DNA from: a virus
Direction: 5' to 3' (one strand)
Virus record (IMG/VR): IMGVR_UViG_3300030012_002528
Span: 1 to 64,000 of that record
Length of the DNA: 64,000 nt
The notes beneath the pieces were generated by a model. The model worked only from the letters and a program-made list of their open reading frames with translations. It was not told the DNA's origin and did no database searches. A program made the position numbers and the translations under genes. Of the stretch, positions 39,970-48,520 are shown piece after piece. Within the stretch, counting starts at the first letter, position 1. Each line of letters begins with the position of its first letter.

Positions 39970-40680
39970 ATGGCAATAAATAATTATAATTTTAGGACAG
40001 GTAACATAGTACATTCTTTAGATGTTAAACATTCGGCAAATTCGAAAATAGGGAAAGGTATAGTATTGCAAACGTATCATTACAGTATTGAACAGGTAGA
40101 AAATAATGATTTTACCTTGGATGCATTTAACTGTATGGACTGTCCATATAGTTTTAATCAAAACAATGGTAAAAGTGGTAAATGCTATACTCATAAAGGT
40201 ATGCAGTTAATGGGGTTATTATCTAAACTTGAAAGCCTACACAAACAAAATTTGCAAGGTAAGATAAAAGAATTTAATTCAGATAATTTTAGAAAGTTTA
40301 TTTCCCATAAATCAATCAAGACAGTTGACCTTATCCGATTCGGTGCCTATGGCGAAGCGGTTACACTACCTTTAGAAGTTAGGGATACATTATTCGATGT
40401 TAAAAATATTCTAAAGTGCAAAGTTACGTCATATACGCATCAATGGAGAACGGCAAACGAAACCCGTTTCATGGCTTCTACGCATAACCTTGCCGAAATG
40501 CTACAAGCGAAAAGACTAGGTTACCGATGCTTTACCGTAACTTCTGAAGCAATAGAAGATGCTTTTAATTGTCCTGCTTCTAAAGAAAGCGAACGTAAAA
40601 AGACCTGTGTACAATGTGGTCTATGCGATGGTCAAGTTAGCGGCAAACGTAAAAAGGATATCTATATCCTTAAGCACTAA
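39970..40680 (+). CDS. Cys-cluster protein, Gp88/radical-SAM-like
   Basis: CMDCP...CY, IRFGAYGE, YTHQW, FMAS, CP...TCVQCGLC. Confidence 0.55.
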   Translation: MAINNYNFRTGNIVHSLDVKHSANSKIGKGIVLQTYHYSIEQVENNDFTLDAFNCMDCPYSFNQNNGKSGKCYTHKGMQLMGLLSKLESLHKQNLQGKIKEFNSDNFRKFISHKSIKTVDLIRFGAYGEAVTLPLEVRDTLFDVKNILKCKVTSYTHQWRTANETRFMASTHNLAEMLQAKRLGYRCFTVTSEAIEDAFNCPASKESERKKTCVQCGLCDGQVSGKRKKDIYILKH

Positions 40681-40745
40681 AAAATAGGGCAATTAATTTT
40701 GCCCTTTCAATTCTTTTTATTAACTTCAATTTAAATTAAAAAACA

Positions 40746-40940
40746 ATGGGATACAAAACAATATTTTATTACGAAACCTACGATGGCATAAGACATCATT
40801 TCCTAACACGATTTTGCTACCGTCCAAGTGCAACATTGGCTTGGAAACAATTAAAGAAAATGCTTAGTGAGAAGAAAGATAATATTCTCTGTATAGGTTA
40901 TGATATAGGAGATGAAAATATTATTGAAATTAAATCATGA
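40746..40940 (+). CDS. hypothetical protein
   Basis: 64 aa ORF. Confidence 0.5.
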   Translation: MGYKTIFYYETYDGIRHHFLTRFCYRPSATLAWKQLKKMLSEKKDNILCIGYDIGDENIIEIKS

Positions 40941-41074
40941 ATATATCAGTTAAACTAAACTATAACGGAAGTATAACTTTATTTGCAGTAGTGCAAGGAC
41001 AGTTAATAAGTAAAGAATATTCTTGTGGAGTAGGTAAAGCGAAAAAACTTTTTCAAGAAAAATTTGGAAATTAG
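40937..41074 (+). CDS. small hypothetical protein (45 aa)
   Basis: Manual translation MNISVKLNYNGSITLFAVVQGQL...; ATGA overlap. Confidence 0.5.
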   Translation: MNISVKLNYNGSITLFAVVQGQLISKEYSCGVGKAKKLFQEKFGN

Positions 41075-41110
41075 AAAAACATTTTGTAACTTAGAGGAAA
41101 CAATGAAACA

Positions 41111-41314
41111 ATGAAAAAAGAAATTTATAAAATAGGAACACTACTAAAAGAGACTAAACTATCAAATGCTCAATTAACGAAAGTTATACAGACAAGTATG
41201 GATGACTTAATCCAAGCAGGAGATACAGAAGACGAAGCCCTAGATAGACTATCCAAGATAATGAATATATCAGGAGTCAAAGTAAGGAAAGCATACCTAG
41301 GGAATTTGAAATAA
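41111..41314 (+). CDS. small helical protein (possible HTH)
   Basis: 67 aa, LSKIMNISGVKVRKAY. Confidence 0.5.
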   Translation: MKKEIYKIGTLLKETKLSNAQLTKVIQTSMDDLIQAGDTEDEALDRLSKIMNISGVKVRKAYLGNLK

Positions 41315-41334
41315 TTTGTTTCGTTGTTCATTTG

Positions 41335-41454
41335 AGCCTTGCTCTCACTAGACCGAGATGCTTTAGATTAGCACGGGGTCTACCGAGGGTAAGGCTTTTT
41401 TTTTGCCACGATAAATCGTGATAAAGAAGTGAGGCAAATAAAAAATAAAAAAAA
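41335..41454 (+). repeat. cassette boundary element 3 with extended hairpin
   Basis: 62-nt hairpin, T-run, CACGAT-AA-ATCGTG, core at 41418-41427. Confidence 0.8.
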
Positions 41455-41593
41455 CAGGCGTAAAAACAAAGATACGACTTTTTTTTAAATTATCCAAATT
41501 TTTCTTGCGAAAGTTACCAACATATTGTCGCTGAGAATGTTGATAAGTTTTATTTGGATTTTAAATTTATTTGTTTTATATTAGAGGAAACAA

Positions 41594-41947
41594 ATGAGAT
41601 ATATTATGCAATTAAACACTATTGAAGACTTGAGACATCACGGAGACTTGGCTCTCTTATTACTTAAGATAAGAATGACCTTAACCTATAAGAAGGTAGA
41701 AGGATTCATTGTACACGCTGACGAGGATAAGATAAGTTTTATTCCCGAAGGAGAGTACCATCCAACTCTTTGTAAAAAAGAACTTGCACCCAGTGGTTAC
41801 GAATGGGACGAGGGGAGAGATGTTCTTGAAATTTGTGTAAACTGCGAAGAGAACTACGAAGGATGCGAGCCCACCTTACCATACAATAAACTTGCGGAGG
41901 TATTATGTGGAGGCAAGTTTTACGGAGACGTTGCTTTCGGTAAGTAA
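41594..41947 (+). CDS. hypothetical protein
   Basis: 117 aa with its own promoter and terminator. Confidence 0.6.
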   Translation: MRYIMQLNTIEDLRHHGDLALLLLKIRMTLTYKKVEGFIVHADEDKISFIPEGEYHPTLCKKELAPSGYEWDEGRDVLEICVNCEENYEGCEPTLPYNKLAEVLCGGKFYGDVAFGK

Positions 41948-41977
41948 CGCACACTGGTAGCACTGTTTTCGGTTAGA

Positions 41978-42066
41978 GTCCTCACCCAATGGGTGGGGAT
42001 TTTTTTTAACTTTTTTTTTGAAATTTTTTTTGTGATAAAGAGTGTGCGCCCGAGGTGAAAAAAAAA
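41978..42066 (+). repeat. cassette boundary element 4
   Basis: Terminator, T-runs, core at 42032-42041, A-run. Confidence 0.75.
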
Positions 42067-42245
42067 GAGTCCTCCACAAAGATACAACTTTTTTTCGATA
42101 TATCCAAATTATTTTAGATAAATTTTTTTAACGTTTATTAACAGCGTGGTAATAAATTAAGTTTGGTATTTCCATTTATTTTAACTAACTTTGAGAGGTC
42201 AACGACCTCGAACGGGGTTGCTTTTTTTAACCTTAAATGTAAACA

Positions 42246-42497
42246 ATGAAACATTTAGCATTAAGTGAGATGAATGGAAATACTTTCTATTCAAATTCGT
42301 TAGGAATGACTCTTAGCGTAAAAGACAACAAAGTCTTTGATTACAAAGGTATTGAGATGCCTATTGATGACTTGCAAGTAGACACCTTGTACGTTGAATT
42401 TCTTGACCAACCAAAGTTTCAAGAACAAAGGTACAAAGAGTATCTTGCAAAGGTAAAAGAAATGGGCAACTATTCGCCTCTATTGTTTAACTCTTAA
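42246..42497 (+). CDS. hypothetical protein
   Basis: 83 aa, promoter at 42162-42193. Confidence 0.6.
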   Translation: MKHLALSEMNGNTFYSNSLGMTLSVKDNKVFDYKGIEMPIDDLQVDTLYVEFLDQPKFQEQRYKEYLAKVKEMGNYSPLLFNS

Positions 42498-42508
42498 ATT
42501 GTTTTCAA

Positions 42509-42772
42509 ATGGAAAATGCTTTAAACCCAAATGTCACTGGCATTTACATCTTGGAAGGTAGACCTACCCTTCCCTACCGTTACTATCTCAAGAAGATAGA
42601 TTCTACTCATTTTCAAATGGCATACGTTGCTGATGGCGAGGATGCTTCGATTGTGAATGATGCTTTTTGTTACCATATTGGCGAGCATCGTCAGAGACCT
42701 TACTATGCTGACGTTAGGTCTTGGCTAAAAGGAGGCGAAGCCCCAACTGACAAGACCTACACTTGGGAATAG
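42509..42772 (+). CDS. hypothetical protein
   Basis: 87 aa ORF. Confidence 0.6.
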   Translation: MENALNPNVTGIYILEGRPTLPYRYYLKKIDSTHFQMAYVADGEDASIVNDAFCYHIGEHRQRPYYADVRSWLKGGEAPTDKTYTWE

Positions 42773-42775
42773 GCT

Positions 42776-42885
42776 CACGTGCCCACCGAGAGGTGGGTAT
42801 CGTGATAAAGAGTGTGCGAGAAAAGACCGAAAAAAAAAGCAATGGGAGGGCGAGAAAAGAAAAAAATCAAAAATGTCTTTATCAC
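42776..42885 (+). repeat. cassette boundary element 5 plus inverted core
   Basis: Core at 42802-42811; reverse-complement copy at 42876-42885. Confidence 0.8.
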
Positions 42886-43062
42886 AAATTCAAGACTCCT
42901 CCACTAAGATACAAAATACTTTTCAATAATCCAAACACTTTAACATTTTTTTTAATTTAATTTTAACACTCGTTAACTTGTTTTTAACACCCTTTAACAT
43001 TTTGGCTATTGCATATGTCCTTACAATGTACTACTTTTGTCTTAAACAAATTATTTAAATTT

Positions 43063-43224
43063 ATGAAAGCAGTAATCCGTAATATCAAGACAGGTAAGTA
43101 TCGCGTAGCCCCTGTGTACGCACGTTATAAAAAAGACCGCGTTGAGGTCATACGCGCGTTGGAGCAGTCGCTACCCGCCCACGAGCGGGTGGTGGAGGTG
43201 CATCTGAACGAAAGGGGCAAGTAG
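43063..43224 (+). CDS. small hypothetical protein (53 aa)
   Basis: ATG at 43063 after a TACTTTTG promoter box; GC-richer codons. Confidence 0.55.
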   Translation: MKAVIRNIKTGKYRVAPVYARYKKDRVEVIRALEQSLPAHERVVEVHLNERGK

Positions 43225-43230
43225 CCCCAA

Positions 43231-43288
43231 GCCCACCGAAAGGTGGGCATCGTGATAAAGAATGTGCGTGAGCAAAAAAAAAAAAAAA
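43231..43288 (+). repeat. cassette boundary element 6
   Basis: GCCCACC-GAAA-GGTGGGC, core at 43252-43261, A15. Confidence 0.8.
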
Positions 43289-43694
43289 TTATCCCATACT
43301 AAGTTACGATTTTTTTTTGATATATCCAAATAAAGTTATCAACACGATGTGGGTAAGTTGTAGGTGTTAAATTATGTTATATATTAGGTTATATCAGATA
43401 AATTAACTATATGGGGGTGTCGGCATTTCGGCAAAGTTATTTTACCTACAATAGTTAACATACTTTAACTATATATATTATTATATATAACATATATATA
43501 CTATAGAGCCATATAACGGCATATTCCTTTTCCTTTTAGATAAATTAACGTGTTGCGTTAACACTTTTTAACGCAGAATACTTGCGTATGTGCAAGTTGT
43601 GACAGGTAGAGTCTTCTCACACTCGGTTTTTTGGGTTTGGAAAATAGTGGTAAAATGTGTAACTTAGTGGGTTATTATAAGCATACTTTTGCAA

Positions 43695-43813
43695 TTAACG
43701 ATTTTTAACACAATATATTTGGATAATTTAAAATCCCTTGAGAGGCTCATATTTGCGTTTTAAGGGCATTTGAGGTTCTTTTGGAACAACCACACACGAA
43801 GGTCTGAGTTTTG
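43695..43813 (+). repeat. long direct repeat, copy B
   Basis: Ungapped match to 38762-38880. Confidence 0.8.
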
Positions 43814-44068
43814 AGCATACAGACGATTTGACCTATGATTAGGACATATGGTGTTGGTAAGTTGTTAGTAACTATATATATGTATATTTGGATATGTCAT
43901 ATATTCTTATATACGTGTGCGTGTATTCCTATTGTAGGTAAATTTCTTAGCCGAAATTTTTTTAACATCTGTTAACACGTAGATTGATAATTTAATTAGA
44001 ATAATTCAAAATGAATCACTATATTTACATCAGCGATGGAGGGGATGCCTAATACTAAATAATACATT

Positions 44069-44974
44069 ATGAATTTAGAAAACTTATTGAACAACATTGA
44101 AAACGCTAACGCAAAGGCTACTGAAAACCTTAATGGTATTCGTGAGAAGTTATTCGAAGTCCAAGACATCACGATTGATGCTCCTTTCGAAAACTATGAG
44201 AATCCAAAAACGCAAGTCATCTACACAAGCGATGGGCGTTACTTAGGAACGTGTGGAGATAAGTACAAGTCTATACAGCCAAGTACGTTTCTTGACCAAG
44301 TGGTGCAGTCTGTAGAGGGTTGTGGTTCTGAGAAATTTGATTTATCCAAATTAACTTACAGGGAAGTAAAAAACGGATGCGAAATTATCTTCCGACTACC
44401 TTTAGGTAATTCAACTTGGATTAATCGAAATGGCAAAAGTGAGGATAGACAAAACTTCATTGACTTCCGAACAGGGTTTGGAGGTACGGCACGTACTCAA
44501 ATCAGCACATACGAATATCGTCTGATTTGCTCTAATGGAATGATGGGATGGGCTGAGCAGTCTATGCTACAAGCGAAGCATACGGAACGTATGAATGCCA
44601 AAGCATTGCTTTTCTGTGATGCGATTGTTCAACTTGCTGAGTCTATTGAGAACACTACGGAGTTGTACAAGCACTTAGACAAGATATCGGTAACTGATAA
44701 GGAAATTGATGCCTTTGCTCGAAAGTTATCTAAGATAAATTTAACTGAGGATATGGATAAGGTGTCCACACGTAAAACGAACATCTACAATTCACTACGT
44801 GAGTCCATCGCTATCGAATTTGCTCGGAGTGGTACATCAGCATATGGATTGCTACAAGGTGCCACGCACTTCACTAACCACGTTGCAAGTGGTCATGGAG
44901 AGGAATATATCCTTGCTCGGAGTGGTGCCAAGACTAACGCACTTGCTCAGTCTTTGGTAACTGCAATGGTATAA
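44069..44974 (+). CDS. DUF932-family protein
   Basis: LG.CGDKY..IQ, RLICSNGM, KHT, GTSAYGLLQGATHF..H. Confidence 0.75.
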   Translation: MNLENLLNNIENANAKATENLNGIREKLFEVQDITIDAPFENYENPKTQVIYTSDGRYLGTCGDKYKSIQPSTFLDQVVQSVEGCGSEKFDLSKLTYREVKNGCEIIFRLPLGNSTWINRNGKSEDRQNFIDFRTGFGGTARTQISTYEYRLICSNGMMGWAEQSMLQAKHTERMNAKALLFCDAIVQLAESIENTTELYKHLDKISVTDKEIDAFARKLSKINLTEDMDKVSTRKTNIYNSLRESIAIEFARSGTSAYGLLQGATHFTNHVASGHGEEYILARSGAKTNALAQSLVTAMV

Positions 44975-44982
44975 AGTAAAAT

Positions 44983-45043
44983 CCCCTCTTCGGAGGGGTT
45001 AACTTTCTTTAACAATTGGATTGATATATTATCCTTAACTTAG
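44983..45043 (+). promoter_or_regulatory. UUCG hairpin followed by TTAAC-box promoter
   Basis: CCCCTC-TTCG-GAGGGG; TTAAC-N5-TTAAC-N22-TAACTTAG. Confidence 0.7.
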
Positions 45044-45057
45044 ATAAAAATAAAGCA

Positions 45058-45417
45058 ATGAAATTACACGAATTAAAATCAGTAGGCAGTTGGATTGACC
45101 TTGAAGGGGGTGTAGTGTTTCCCTCACTAAAGCAAGATAGGTACATAGTTAGGTGGTATAGTCACATTAAAGGCGATTACGAAGAAGTGTATTTGGGTAA
45201 GTCCATATCTGATGCAGAAGCAAAGATAGATTCCTTAAAGGGGAGTGGTTATCCATCTTATCTACAAAACATTGAATTTACAATCGCTGATGTGCGTTAT
45301 CCTACCTCTCTAAAAGATGATGAAGTTTCTGAGGAGTGGTATAGTAAATTAAGTGAAAGGGATTACGAAATAATCAGAACATTTTTACCTTACTTAAAAT
45401 TATCTAAAAAGAAATGA
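45058..45417 (+). CDS. hypothetical protein
   Basis: 119 aa ORF. Confidence 0.6.
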   Translation: MKLHELKSVGSWIDLEGGVVFPSLKQDRYIVRWYSHIKGDYEEVYLGKSISDAEAKIDSLKGSGYPSYLQNIEFTIADVRYPTSLKDDEVSEEWYSKLSERDYEIIRTFLPYLKLSKKK

Positions 45418-45599
45418 TGGCAAAGCAAGGTAAGTGGTACAAGCACAAGAGAAGTGGCAACGTATGGCAATTAAATTGGTTGGACGTTGAAGACAATGAA
45501 GCCGTAATGGTAAAAAGTAGTGGGAAACCTCTGACCAAAAGAATTAAGTTAAAAAACTTTGAGAGCAATTGGGAAGAGTATTCATATAATTTTAGATAA
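45414..45599 (+). CDS. small SH3-like hypothetical protein
   Basis: GKWYKHKRSGNVW. Confidence 0.5.
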   Translation: MMAKQGKWYKHKRSGNVWQLNWLDVEDNEAVMVKSSGKPLTKRIKLKNFESNWEEYSYNFR

Positions 45600-45608
45600 A
45601 AAGAAATA

Positions 45609-45827
45609 ATGGTAAAGTACTTAGTTATACATAATGGCTCACACCATTTCAAGTTAATAGATGCCAATAAAGATACTTACTTTGTTCCGTTTTGGGGAGA
45701 AGATGGTTACCACAAATGGTTGGGTAACTATGTACCTACAGATGAAGAGGTCAAGATGGGAATGATGGAACGTCACGACTCTTGCTTTTCCAAGTTCGTG
45801 GAGGAAGTACACAACATTAAATTTTAG
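45609..45827 (+). CDS. hypothetical protein
   Basis: 72 aa ORF. Confidence 0.55.
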   Translation: MVKYLVIHNGSHHFKLIDANKDTYFVPFWGEDGYHKWLGNYVPTDEEVKMGMMERHDSCFSKFVEEVHNIKF

Positions 45828-45841
45828 ATAAAAAGAATTCG

Positions 45842-45886
45842 TTAACATTTTTTAACAAATGAATTCACATTTTATTCATATATTTG
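45842..45886 (+). promoter_or_regulatory. TTAAC-box promoter
   Basis: TTAAC-N5-TTAAC-N22-TATATTTG. Confidence 0.75.
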
Positions 45887-45906
45887 TGGAAACAACATTA
45901 GAAAAC

Positions 45907-46071
45907 ATGAAGGAAATATCAATGAGTACATATCAAGAGATGCGTAACGCAGAGTGGGATATGGCAGTAAAAAACAATTTGGTTGAAGATACGAATGACA
46001 ATTGGGAGAACTTTGACGAATCCTACTACGAATATCTTCTTTGGGAAAAAGGCTACACGATAGTCGATTAA
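45907..46071 (+). CDS. small acidic protein
   Basis: Start placed downstream of the promoter. Confidence 0.5.
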   Translation: MKEISMSTYQEMRNAEWDMAVKNNLVEDTNDNWENFDESYYEYLLWEKGYTIVD

Positions 46072-46092
46072 ATAATTTTAAATAAAAAAGAC

Positions 46093-46392
46093 GTGAAAGA
46101 AAATAAAATAACATTATTTGACCAAGAAATTTACAACACAATTCTAATACATACTGCGAGAACGTGGGAACGTATTAGAGTTAAGCAACCACATCGAGAA
46201 ATGGCTTTAGACAATATAGGCTCAACAGAATGTATTGAACAAGTAGCAATTCATATCATTTATGACGATGTTATCCAAGAGTTCTTAGAAACAAGAGATG
46301 GAGAGGTGTGGGCAAAAGTAGATGGTGGTACAAGTGATTCTTACATCGAATCAATGGCAGAAGAAACAATAACAAAACATTATCTTAAATAA
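46093..46392 (+). CDS. hypothetical protein
   Basis: 99 aa ORF. Confidence 0.55.
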   Translation: MKENKITLFDQEIYNTILIHTARTWERIRVKQPHREMALDNIGSTECIEQVAIHIIYDDVIQEFLETRDGEVWAKVDGGTSDSYIESMAEETITKHYLK

Positions 46393-46398
46393 AAAGAA

Positions 46399-46542
46399 AT
46401 GAAAGAAATTAAATATCAAGGGATGGAAATTGGAATCTATTACTACATAGATGAAAAAACTAATCAAAAGGTTTACGATGTAGAGTACATCAGAGAAGAA
46501 TTCGAAAGTAAACTTGAGGAACTTTTAAATGAGGACAAATGA
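46399..46542 (+). CDS. small hypothetical protein (47 aa)
   Basis: Manual translation MKEIKYQGMEIGIYYYIDEKTNQKVYDVE... Confidence 0.5.
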   Translation: MKEIKYQGMEIGIYYYIDEKTNQKVYDVEYIREEFESKLEELLNEDK

Positions 46543-46880
46543 AAGAGAACAAGTTAATAGCAGAGTTTGAGCAGTTACCTACAGAGGTATTCAAGCCAAA
46601 TGATATTTTGAACTATTACCACAATGGTGCTTGGTATGAGGAACACGAACTATCTTATGAAATATCTTGGGATTGGTTGATGCCTGTAGTGGAGAAGATA
46701 AACTTATTAGACGATTATAGATACACTTTCCTTATTGCTTCAATGGATACTCAAATTGTAGACAACATCACGAATGATGTGATTGTAGAGGTCAGTTGCA
46801 AACACTCTGTTGACGAGTTAATTAAAAGTGTGTACGAAGCAGTCGTAGAATTTATTAAACAATTAAATAAGGAATCATGA
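46539..46880 (+). CDS. WDWLMPV-family paralog 1
   Basis: ENKLIAEF / SWDWLMPVVEKI / YEAVVEFI. Confidence 0.75.
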   Translation: MKENKLIAEFEQLPTEVFKPNDILNYYHNGAWYEEHELSYEISWDWLMPVVEKINLLDDYRYTFLIASMDTQIVDNITNDVIVEVSCKHSVDELIKSVYEAVVEFIKQLNKES

Positions 46881-47272
46881 AAGAGAATAAGTTAATAGCA
46901 GAATTTATGGGTGCGAAACCCATTGTACTTGGTAACTCAACCGAATATGAAATGTATGGGATTGTCGAATGCATCAATGATGGTGTAGATGAAAAGCATT
47001 TTTTTATTGATGATGAAATGGAATACCACACATCTTGGGATTGGTTGATGCCCGTAGTGGAGAGGATTAGGGGACTTGAAGAAGGTATGTTAGTAGAGAG
47101 GATAGACATTATGCCAAACGATGGAGTAGCAATTCATTATTCGCACCCACCTAAGATGATTGTAGTAGACACATCAAAACGTGTAAATACTTTAAATGCT
47201 ACCTACGATGCAGTCGTGAAGTTTATTGAAGAATATAATAAAGTAAAAAGAAATGAGTTACAAGGTCTTTGA
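46877..47272 (+). CDS. WDWLMPV-family paralog 2
   Basis: Same three blocks. Confidence 0.75.
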   Translation: MKENKLIAEFMGAKPIVLGNSTEYEMYGIVECINDGVDEKHFFIDDEMEYHTSWDWLMPVVERIRGLEEGMLVERIDIMPNDGVAIHYSHPPKMIVVDTSKRVNTLNATYDAVVKFIEEYNKVKRNELQGL

Positions 47273-47335
47273 ATTGCTAATGATATTAGGTATAATTACT
47301 TTGAGTGGAATGTTTTTACTTAGTTTTATTTTGCT

Positions 47336-47380
47336 TTAACATTTCTTAACAAACGCCCATCGGAATAATTTGTATATTTA
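47336..47380 (+). promoter_or_regulatory. TTAAC-box promoter
   Basis: TTAAC-N5-TTAAC-N22-TATATTTA. Confidence 0.7.
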
Positions 47381-47404
47381 CATCAGAAAAAAACAACAGA
47401 AAAT

Positions 47405-48412
47405 ATGGAAAACTTAAAACTGATAAAAGAAGGATTAGGGGAATTGAATATGAACCTACTTACATCGTCTGAGATAGACGATATGAATGACCGACTAAGA
47501 CAAGGTCACACAATATGGATGGCGAATGAAAGGATTCGTGAGAAGATATGGAACGAACGTCTATCCCTTAACAATTGGGCAAAGGATACATTCAAAGAAA
47601 TTTTCCAAGACTTAATGTTTGGAATCTTGGAATGCTATGCTGATGCATCTTCAGATGATAGGGGATTAGTGATTGATGGCGATGACTCTGACAAGAGTTT
47701 CTTGATAGAAACTGAGTACAGATACGACCATATGTTTGTAAAATTTAGATGTGGGGAAGCCAAGAATCTACATTGGCATTCCGATGTGACTATTGTACTA
47801 CGTACTCCTCACAAAGGAACTAGTCTTCATGATGCTGAACCTTTGTTCGAAGTAAAAATGGATTTACCTAAATTAAGTTCGAGCAAAGACGATAGAAAGT
47901 TTTTTGACTACGATGATAACATAGAGTTCTTAGAATCGAGAGTAAAAGTATTCGAGTTTATTCGCAGTAAGAAAAGCGAAATAGATAGTTTTTTATTTGA
48001 TTTAAAAATTCGGTACAATCATTTTATTGCGTGTGAAGAAACGCAGTCTAAGTACAAAGTAGAGATTCCAAGAGAGTTTAGTGGTAGTGCTGAGTCAATG
48101 GTAAGAAATGCATTGATGGAAAAGTTTAAGGAAGGTCACGAGATACTTGTACCTACTCAGTTAGGTACTGATAAGTATTTTGGATTGGAAGCAAGGGATT
48201 GGCGTATAAGTGGAGGTCACTCTTTTAAATTACTTAAAACGAATAAGCGAGATGGCGACATCAAAAGTTATCGCATAGAGATAACTGATGGCACATTAAA
48301 GGGTAGAGATATGTTAATCGAATCATATGCTATATACCATCTATTTGATAAGATAGCGAATGAAGATGTAGTGACCACCGAAGCAGAGACTATCGAAGAG
48401 AATTTCAGTTAA
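47405..48412 (+). CDS. hypothetical protein
   Basis: 335 aa with its own promoter and terminator. Confidence 0.7.
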   Translation: MENLKLIKEGLGELNMNLLTSSEIDDMNDRLRQGHTIWMANERIREKIWNERLSLNNWAKDTFKEIFQDLMFGILECYADASSDDRGLVIDGDDSDKSFLIETEYRYDHMFVKFRCGEAKNLHWHSDVTIVLRTPHKGTSLHDAEPLFEVKMDLPKLSSSKDDRKFFDYDDNIEFLESRVKVFEFIRSKKSEIDSFLFDLKIRYNHFIACEETQSKYKVEIPREFSGSAESMVRNALMEKFKEGHEILVPTQLGTDKYFGLEARDWRISGGHSFKLLKTNKRDGDIKSYRIEITDGTLKGRDMLIESYAIYHLFDKIANEDVVTTEAETIEENFS

Positions 48413-48430
48413 TTTGTTTTTTCGTGTTTT

Positions 48431-48500
48431 GCCCCACCTGTAGTGGGTGGGGTTTTTAACATCTCTTAACATAATAATTAACATTTTATTAATATATTTG
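48431..48500 (+). promoter_or_regulatory. terminator plus TTAAC-box promoter
   Basis: CCCCACC/GGTGGGG hairpin; TTAAC-N5-TTAAC-N22-TATATTTG. Confidence 0.75.
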
Positions 48501-48520
48501 TGAAAACAAAATTAGAAAAT

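Noticed and set aside
42763-42960. 65-aa ORF
   Set aside because: Runs through boundary element 5, its A-runs and an antisense promoter
38617-43288. CRISPR array or classical integron
   Set aside because: The core is only 10 bp, spacing is 450-1650 bp with genes between, and there is no cas or integrase gene in the window and no clear attC R/L boxes
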